In this document: piece by piece, positions 27,211 to 32,863 of the stretch
Layout of the letters: each line of letters begins with the position of its first letter
How positions within the stretch are numbered: the stretch's first letter is position 1
Origin: an uncultured Rhodoferax sp.
Lineage (GTDB): Bacteria; Pseudomonadota; Gammaproteobacteria; Burkholderiales; Burkholderiaceae_C
Assembly: GCA_936943465.1 (NCBI GenBank)
Contig: CAKZJN010000352.1
Location: forward strand, 1 to 32,863
Reading direction: 5' to 3'
Length of the DNA stretch: 32,863 nt
Position numbers and translations under genes: made by a program
Notes under the pieces: model-generated
What the model was told of the DNA's origin: nothing
Seen by the model: only the letters and a program-made list of their open reading frames with translations
Databases searched by the model: none

Positions 27211-27262
27211 ATGACAACACAGTGAATGATTGTTGACCAGTTGTGTGTCAGATATATGACGT
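27211..27262 (-). promoter_or_regulatory. Pho-box array at the ppk1 promoter
   Basis: Minus strand ACGTCAT-atat-CTGACAC-10 nt-AACAAT, plus three more 11-bp-spaced half-sites TGGTCAA/CATTCAC/TTGTCAT over the -10 and start region. Confidence 0.6.
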
Positions 27263-27365
27263 AAGGGTATGTCCCTAATTTCGTCGTAGACTGAGGCCAT
27301 TGGGGCACACGCCCCGCAAGCCCTTTCGGCAATGGGCCTGCATTGCAATTTAGTTGAGGAATGGA

Positions 27366-27743
27366 ATGCCTTACTCTTTGGTTTGGGAACCCAATGGGGT
27401 CTACAAAAAGTTCTGTGGATGCGTGTCGGGCGAAGAACTGCTGCAATCCGTCAGGGAGGTGGCTACCGACATCCGGTTTGGAGCACTTCGCTTTGAAGTC
27501 TCCGACTATCTGGAAACGGAACGCACCGAGTTTTCACAAGACGCACTGAACGAAGTGCGTGCGGTGCGGATTGGCTCGTTCATGAACAATCCGGCTATGA
27601 AGGTGGCGATCGTGACACTGGACTCCGAAATCCAGCAACGCATTTACTCGACGATTGCAGCCCGGTTAACGCTGCATCAAACCAAGGTTTTCAACAGTCT
27701 CCCGGACGCCAATACCTGGCTGGGTCGCACAACCGAAACCTGA
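27366..27743 (+). CDS. Hypothetical protein, SpoIIAA-like (STAS/SEC14-type) fold suspected
   Basis: TGAGGA RBS before ATG 27366; pattern F.G.VS..E, KVAIVT, C-terminal VFNSLPDANTWL resembling the SpoIIAA-like F....EA..WL end. Confidence 0.65.
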   Translation: MPYSLVWEPNGVYKKFCGCVSGEELLQSVREVATDIRFGALRFEVSDYLETERTEFSQDALNEVRAVRIGSFMNNPAMKVAIVTLDSEIQQRIYSTIAARLTLHQTKVFNSLPDANTWLGRTTET

Positions 27744-27780
27744 AACGCAGCCCGCTTGCCCGGAGACGCCGATCGCCGCG

Positions 27781-28281
27781 TCAGGGCAACCACTTTTGCA
27801 AAAGCAGTGCCTGACCGGCCTCCGGATCCAGAGTGTAGGCAGCGAATCCGGCACGGTCGTACAAGCGCATAGCGCTCGCATTGCCCGACAAAACCTCCAA
27901 CGTGACTTTGCAGGCACCGCGTTGACGCGCAATCTGCGCGACCCGCTCCAACAAGCGCTCTCCAATGCGTTGTCCGCGATAGCCGGCGAGAACGGCCAGA
28001 TCATGGACGTTGATCAAGGGTTTGCAGGCGAAGGTGGAAAAGCCCTGCATGCAATTCACCAACCCGACAGGCTTGTCGTCTGAGAGACCATCAAAGGCCA
28101 ACAAGCTGAAGGCGTTGGGCACTCGCGCCAACTCAGCCACCAGATGTGCGCGCGCAAAGTCGCTCAGCGGATGCCCGCCTCCCATGGGGTCGCGCGCATA
28201 GGCATCCAGCATGTGTACCACGGCCTGCGCGTGTTGTGCATTCGCGTAATCTGCCAGGGCAATGCGGATGGAGTCGCTCAC
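27781..28281 (-). CDS. GNAT-family N-acetyltransferase
   Basis: YARDPMGGG, GFSTFACKPLINVHD, RGQRIG acetyl-CoA motif, LEVLSGN..A..LY..GF; 3 nt after glmM. Confidence 0.92.
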   Translation of the reverse strand: MSDSIRIALADYANAQHAQAVVHMLDAYARDPMGGGHPLSDFARAHLVAELARVPNAFSLLAFDGLSDDKPVGLVNCMQGFSTFACKPLINVHDLAVLAGYRGQRIGERLLERVAQIARQRGACKVTLEVLSGNASAMRLYDRAGFAAYTLDPEAGQALLLQKWLP

Positions 28282-28284
28282 GCC

Positions 28285-29616
28285 TTAGGCCCGCAAGGTG
28301 TCCGCAATTCGCTGCGCACAGGCCTGGGCCAGTACCGCATCGCGCGCTTCGACCATGACACGCACCAAAGGTTCGGTGCCACTGGCACGGATCAACACCC
28401 TCCCGGAGTCGCCCAACTCGGCCTCCACCGCCTGTGTGGCCGCCTGCATCGCGGCGTTGGATTTCCAGTCTTGTCCGGGGCTGAGGCGCACATTGATGAG
28501 AGTCTGGGGAAAAAGCGCTACGCCGGCCAGCAACTGCGCCATGGTTTTACCGGACCGCACCAGCGCCTGAAGGATCTGCAACGCTGAAATCAGGCCATCG
28601 CCGGTGGTGTGCTTATCCAGGGCTAGCAGGTGGCCCGAGCCCTCGCCACCCAGAATCCAGCGGTTCTTCTCCAGTTCTTCCAGCACGTAGCGGTCACCCA
28701 CCTTGGCCCGCACAAATTGCACGCCCCGGGCCTTCAGTGCGACTTCCACCGCCATGTTGGTCATCAAGGTGCCGACCACACCCGGAACCGCCTCACCGCG
28801 CCCCAGGCGGTCGTCCGCCATTAGGTAGAGCAATTCGTCTCCGTTAAACAGGCGGCCTTCGTTATCGACCAATTGCAGGCGGTCTGCGTCGCCATCCAAT
28901 GCAACCCCAAAGTCGGCCTTGAGCTCTCGCATGGCCGCGACCAGCGCCTGCGGATGGGTAGCACCCACCTCGTGGTTGATATTCAATCCATCGGGCGAGC
29001 AGCCAATCGAAACCACCTCGGCACCCAACTCGTGAAAGACCTTAGGCGCAATCTGGTACGCCGCGCCATGCGCAGCGTCCACCACAACCTTCAAACCTTT
29101 GAGCGTCAGATCATTTGCAAAGGTGCTCTTGCAGAATTCGATATAGCGGCCTGCCGCGTCATCCAAGCGCCGCGTTTTGCCCAACTGCGCAGACTCCACC
29201 CAAGCGGGGGCTTGTTGCAGAGCCGCCTCCACATCGAGCTCCCAGGCATCGGGCAACTTGGTCCCTTGCGCACTGAAAAACTTGATGCCGTTGTCGGCAA
29301 ACGGGTTGTGACTGGCGCTGATCACCACCCCGAGCGATGCCCGCTGGGCGCGCGTCAAATACGCAACGCCGGGCGTTGGCAGAGGTCCCAGCAGCACCAC
29401 ATCGACCCCGGCAGAGTTAAAGCCGCTTTCCATCGCGCTTTCAAGCATGTAGCCTGAAATGCGCGTGTCCTTGCCAATCAGCACGGTGGGGCGCGCTTCT
29501 GTCTTCCTGAGCACCTGGCCAACCGCATGTGCCAGTCGCAGCACAAAGTCAGGCGTAATGGGGGACTGCCCCACCGTGCCACGAATGCCGTCAGTTCCGA
29601 AATACTGCCGTCCCAT
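28285..29616 (-). CDS. glmM: Phosphoglucosamine mutase
   Basis: [36 protein letters not shown]. Confidence 0.98.
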   Translation of the reverse strand: MGRQYFGTDGIRGTVGQSPITPDFVLRLAHAVGQVLRKTEARPTVLIGKDTRISGYMLESAMESGFNSAGVDVVLLGPLPTPGVAYLTRAQRASLGVVISASHNPFADNGIKFFSAQGTKLPDAWELDVEAALQQAPAWVESAQLGKTRRLDDAAGRYIEFCKSTFANDLTLKGLKVVVDAAHGAAYQIAPKVFHELGAEVVSIGCSPDGLNINHEVGATHPQALVAAMRELKADFGVALDGDADRLQLVDNEGRLFNGDELLYLMADDRLGRGEAVPGVVGTLMTNMAVEVALKARGVQFVRAKVGDRYVLEELEKNRWILGGEGSGHLLALDKHTTGDGLISALQILQALVRSGKTMAQLLAGVALFPQTLINVRLSPGQDWKSNAAMQAATQAVEAELGDSGRVLIRASGTEPLVRVMVEARDAVLAQACAQRIADTLRA

Positions 29617-29658
29617 AAAGGATCTCCTTGTTGTTTGAATGGAATAAAGTGCTGAGCC

Positions 29659-30543
29659 TCAATCGCCCAGTTTCGCAGATGCGCCCATCGCGGCCAGAAC
29701 ATCAAGCGCCTGCCGGGTTTCCTTGACGTCGTGCACCCGCACAATCCCCGCACCCTGCTGCACCGCCAGCATGGCCGCGGCCACGCTGGGTACCATGCGC
29801 TCGCGAACGTCCATGGTCGCAACGGACGCCAAAGACCGCTGGGTAACCGCCGCCAAAGAGGACTTGCGCGACCAGCCGGCCAACACGGGATATCCCAATG
29901 TCAGTAACTCGGCCTGCCGGGCCAACAGCGCAAAATTCTGCTGCACCGTTTTGCCAAAACCAATACCGGGGTCAAGGCTGATACGCGCGGCGTCCACACC
30001 AAGCTCCCGTAACGCATTGGCCGCCTGTTTCAAGAAATCCCGCACCTGCATCGGCACATCCCCATCCATCGGCGCCACCTGCATCGTTTGCGGTTCCCGG
30101 TGCATGTGCATCAGGCAAACACCACAGTTGGGGTGCTTGCTGACCACCTGAACACCAGTTTGACCGTGGGGATCGCCCGGCCAGCGAAGCGCCCAAATAT
30201 CGTTGATAACGTCGGCACCCAGGTCGAGCACGGCCTGCATCACAGCCGGCTTGTAGGTGTCGACCGATACCGGCACACCCAAGGTCACCGCATGGCGCAC
30301 TACCGGCACCACGCGGGCCAGTTCTTCTTCCACCGGAACCATCGGGGCTCCAGGTCGGGTGGATTCCCCCCCAATGTCGAGCAAATCGGCACCTTGCTTG
30401 AGCAATTGCTCGCAATGGGCGATGGCAGAGTTGCGGGAAGCGAACTGCCCGCCGTCTGAAAACGAGTCAGGCGTGACGTTGACGATGCCCATGATGCGGG
30501 GCTTCGACAGGTCAATCTGAAAGCGGGATGTTTGCCAATGCAT
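29659..30543 (-). CDS. folP: Dihydropteroate synthase
   Basis: MGIVNVTPDSFSDGG, DIGGESTRPG, DPGIGFGK, SRKS, RVHDV; start set to ATG 30543. Confidence 0.97.
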   Translation of the reverse strand: MHWQTSRFQIDLSKPRIMGIVNVTPDSFSDGGQFASRNSAIAHCEQLLKQGADLLDIGGESTRPGAPMVPVEEELARVVPVVRHAVTLGVPVSVDTYKPAVMQAVLDLGADVINDIWALRWPGDPHGQTGVQVVSKHPNCGVCLMHMHREPQTMQVAPMDGDVPMQVRDFLKQAANALRELGVDAARISLDPGIGFGKTVQQNFALLARQAELLTLGYPVLAGWSRKSSLAAVTQRSLASVATMDVRERMVPSVAAAMLAVQQGAGIVRVHDVKETRQALDVLAAMGASAKLGD

Positions 30544-30552
30544 GGGGGCTAT

Positions 30553-30579
30553 CAATACAAACGGGGCTTGCGCCCCGTT
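30553..30579 (-). terminator. Hairpin/terminator after ftsH
   Basis: Minus strand AACGGGGC-GCAA-GCCCCGTT-TGTATTG (GNRA loop, imperfect U tract). Confidence 0.7.
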
Positions 30580-30599
30580 GTTTTCTCCGTTACAGCTAA

Positions 30600-32516
30600 T
30601 CAGGCAACGGTTGGAGTTGCTTCGGCCGTTAAAGCCGCGGCACCGCCGTCACCACCGCTGCCGGAACTCGGTGTACGAGGCGTCCAGTCTTTAGGGGGAC
30701 GCGGCTCTTTGCCGGCCATGATGTCGTCCAATTGGTCGCTGTCAATGGTTTCCCACTCCAGCAGGGCCTTGGCCATGGCATGCATCTTGTCCTGGTTGTC
30801 CTCGATCAGTTTGCGCGCCAGCGAATACTGCTGGTCGATGATGCGGCGCACTTCCGAGTCCACCTTCTGCATGGTCTGCTCACTCATGGTGGTGGTCTTG
30901 GTAACCGAGCGGCCCAGGAACACTTCGCCTTCGTTTTCCGCATACACCATCGGGCCCAAGGCATCGGTCATGCCGTAGCGGGTCACCATGTCGCGGGCGA
31001 TATGGGTGGCACGCTCAAAGTCGTTGCTGGCACCGGTGGTCATCTGCTTCATGAACACTTCTTCGGCAATGCGGCCACCAAACAACATGCTGATCTGGTT
31101 CAGCATGTAGTCGCTGTCATAGCTGTAACGGTCCTGCGCCGGAAGGCTCATGGTCACGCCCAGGGCACGTCCACGCGGAATGATGGTGACCTTGTGCACC
31201 GGGTCGCACTTGGGCAGGATCTTGCCGATCAGCGCGTGACCGGCTTCGTGGTACGCCGTGTTGCGGCGCTCCTCTTCGGGCATGACCATGCTCTTGCGCT
31301 CCGGGCCCATCAGGATCTTGTCCTTGGCCTTCTCAAAATCCTGCATTTCAACCAAGCGGGCATTGCGGCGGGCAGCCATCAAGGCGGCTTCGTTGCACAA
31401 GTTGGCCAGATCGGCGCCACTCATACCGGGCGTACCGCGCGCAATCACACTGGCGCTCACGTCTTGCCCCAAAGGGACCTTGCGCATGTGCACATTCAGA
31501 ATCTGTTCGCGGCCACGGATATCGGGCAGGGTCACATACACCTGGCGGTCGAAGCGACCGGGGCGCAGCAGGGCCGCATCCAGAATGTCAGGGCGGTTGG
31601 TAGCAGCCACCACGATCACGCCAACATTGGTCTCAAAACCGTCCATCTCAACCAGCATCTGGTTGAGGGTCTGTTCGCGTTCATCGTTGCCACCACCCAG
31701 GCCTGCGCCACGCTGGCGACCGACCGCGTCAATTTCGTCAATGAAGATGATGCAGGGTGCGTTTTTCTTGGCGTTTTCGAACATGTCGCGCACACGGGAT
31801 GCGCCCACGCCCACAAACATTTCCACAAAATCGGAACCCGAAATGCTGAAGAACGGCACCTTGGCTTCACCGGCAATCGACTTCGCCAGCAGGGTCTTAC
31901 CCGTACCGGGAGGGCCAACCAGCAGCAGGCCACGGGGAATACGGCCACCGAGCTTTTGGAACTTGGATGGGTCTTTCAGGAAGTCCACGACTTCCTTCAC
32001 TTCTTCCTTGGCTTCATCGCAACCGGCCACATCGGCAAAGGTCACGGTATTGGTGTTTTCATCGAGCAAACGGGCCTTGCTCTTGCCAAAACTGAAGGCA
32101 CCGCCTTTGCCACCGCCCTGCATCTGGCGCATGAAATAAATCCAGACGCCGATCAGCAGGAGCATGGGGCCCCAGCTCACAAGCAGGGTCATCAGCAGCG
32201 AACCTTCTTCGCGCGCCTTGACGTCAAACTTGACGCCGTTGTTGATCAGGTCGCCCACCAAACCACGGTCCAGGTAGGTGGCCGTGGTCTTTACGCGACG
32301 GTCGTCGTTGGTAACCGCGATGATTTCGGTACCACCCTGGCCCTCCTGAATCACGGCGCTCTTGATGCGTTTGTTGCGCACCTCTTCCAGAAAGTCGGAG
32401 TAACCCAGCGTGCCCGCTCCACCGCCGCCCTTCGCATCAAACTGCTTGAACACGGTGAAGAGCACCAGTGCGATCACGAGCCACACTGCAATTTTCGAAA
32501 ACCACTGATTATTCAA
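30600..32516 (-). CDS. ftsH: ATP-dependent zinc metalloprotease FtsH
   Basis: Two TM segments, [29 protein letters not shown]; TTG start with GGAG RBS. Confidence 0.99.
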   Translation of the reverse strand: MNNQWFSKIAVWLVIALVLFTVFKQFDAKGGGGAGTLGYSDFLEEVRNKRIKSAVIQEGQGGTEIIAVTNDDRRVKTTATYLDRGLVGDLINNGVKFDVKAREEGSLLMTLLVSWGPMLLLIGVWIYFMRQMQGGGKGGAFSFGKSKARLLDENTNTVTFADVAGCDEAKEEVKEVVDFLKDPSKFQKLGGRIPRGLLLVGPPGTGKTLLAKSIAGEAKVPFFSISGSDFVEMFVGVGASRVRDMFENAKKNAPCIIFIDEIDAVGRQRGAGLGGGNDEREQTLNQMLVEMDGFETNVGVIVVAATNRPDILDAALLRPGRFDRQVYVTLPDIRGREQILNVHMRKVPLGQDVSASVIARGTPGMSGADLANLCNEAALMAARRNARLVEMQDFEKAKDKILMGPERKSMVMPEEERRNTAYHEAGHALIGKILPKCDPVHKVTIIPRGRALGVTMSLPAQDRYSYDSDYMLNQISMLFGGRIAEEVFMKQMTTGASNDFERATHIARDMVTRYGMTDALGPMVYAENEGEVFLGRSVTKTTTMSEQTMQKVDSEVRRIIDQQYSLARKLIEDNQDKMHAMAKALLEWETIDSDQLDDIMAGKEPRPPKDWTPRTPSSGSGGDGGAAALTAEATPTVA

Positions 32517-32653
32517 ACGAAGCTCCAGAAAGGACGCAATACAAAGTAGGTTAAGCCCTGCTCACCTAGGTGGCCCCCATTTTAGGCGTTTCAAGCCAAC
32601 GGACGCGTTTTTTTCAGCCGCACAGCCATATAAATGGCAAGGTTTTGATCCAA

Positions 32654-32863
32654 CTATTTCAGTCCCAGGCCAATCAGAAACGTCTCGGACGAGCGATCCC
32701 GCGAAGCCTTTGGCTTAAGCGGTTTGACCGTTACAAAAGCATCCTTGAACCGCTGCACCACCGCGTTATAACTGGCACCGTGAAAGACCTTGGCGACCAA
32801 AGCACCCTGCGGTTTCATGTGATTTTGAGCAAAGTCAATTGCCAGTTCGATCAAATACTCGAC
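32654..32863 (-). CDS. rlmE: 23S rRNA Um2552 methyltransferase, C-terminal part (runs off the right edge)
   Basis: LVAKVFHG, KPKASRDRSSETFL; canonical rlmE-ftsH-folP-glmM order. Confidence 0.93.
   Translation of the reverse strand, partial: VEYLIELAIDFAQNHMKPQGALVAKVFHGASYNAVVQRFKDAFVTVKPLKPKASRDRSSETFLIGLGLK

Noticed and set aside
27195-27446. 84-aa N-terminal extension of Ppk1 (likewise track extensions of AddB, PhoB, PhoU, Ppx and fasciclin)
   Set aside because: Longest-ORF artefacts overlapping neighbouring genes or promoter elements.
16000-27780. Accessory block as a mobile island
   Set aside because: No integrase, transposase, tRNA or flanking direct repeats seen; it contains core genes ppx, ppk1 and sixA.
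32575-32596. Sigma32 promoter for ftsH (CTTGAAA and CCCCAT present)
   Set aside because: The two elements are on opposite strands; a minus-strand TAAAAT at 32579-32584 is the simpler -10.

Overview
Betaproteobacterial chromosome segment (Comamonadaceae-like by gene content and order; inference). Left end: addA (3'-truncated) and addB helicase-nuclease genes, trxA, rho, type-B rpmE and an ArnT/GT39-like membrane protein. Right end: GNAT-glmM-folP-ftsH-rlmE(partial). Between them is a ~18 kb phosphate/polyphosphate locus: pstSCAB-phoU-phoB-phoR, ppx and ppk1-sixA, interleaved with accessory genes. These are a fasciclin lipoprotein plus PlsC/OlsA-type acyltransferase, a histone-H1-like protein with a probable ribbon-helix-helix C-terminus, an M14 metallopeptidase plus alpha/beta hydrolase pair, two small ORFs below the ORF-track cutoff, a soluble REC-PAS-HisKA_3 kinase/NarL regulator pair with a 72-aa probable target gene, and a SpoIIAA-like protein. 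Seven candidate promoters in this locus (five clear, two weaker) show PhoB geometry (GTCAY-type heptamer, exactly 10 nt, then a -10 hexamer), so most accessory genes look like unrecognised Pho-regulon members. No rRNA, tRNA, CRISPR array, transposase or integrase was seen.
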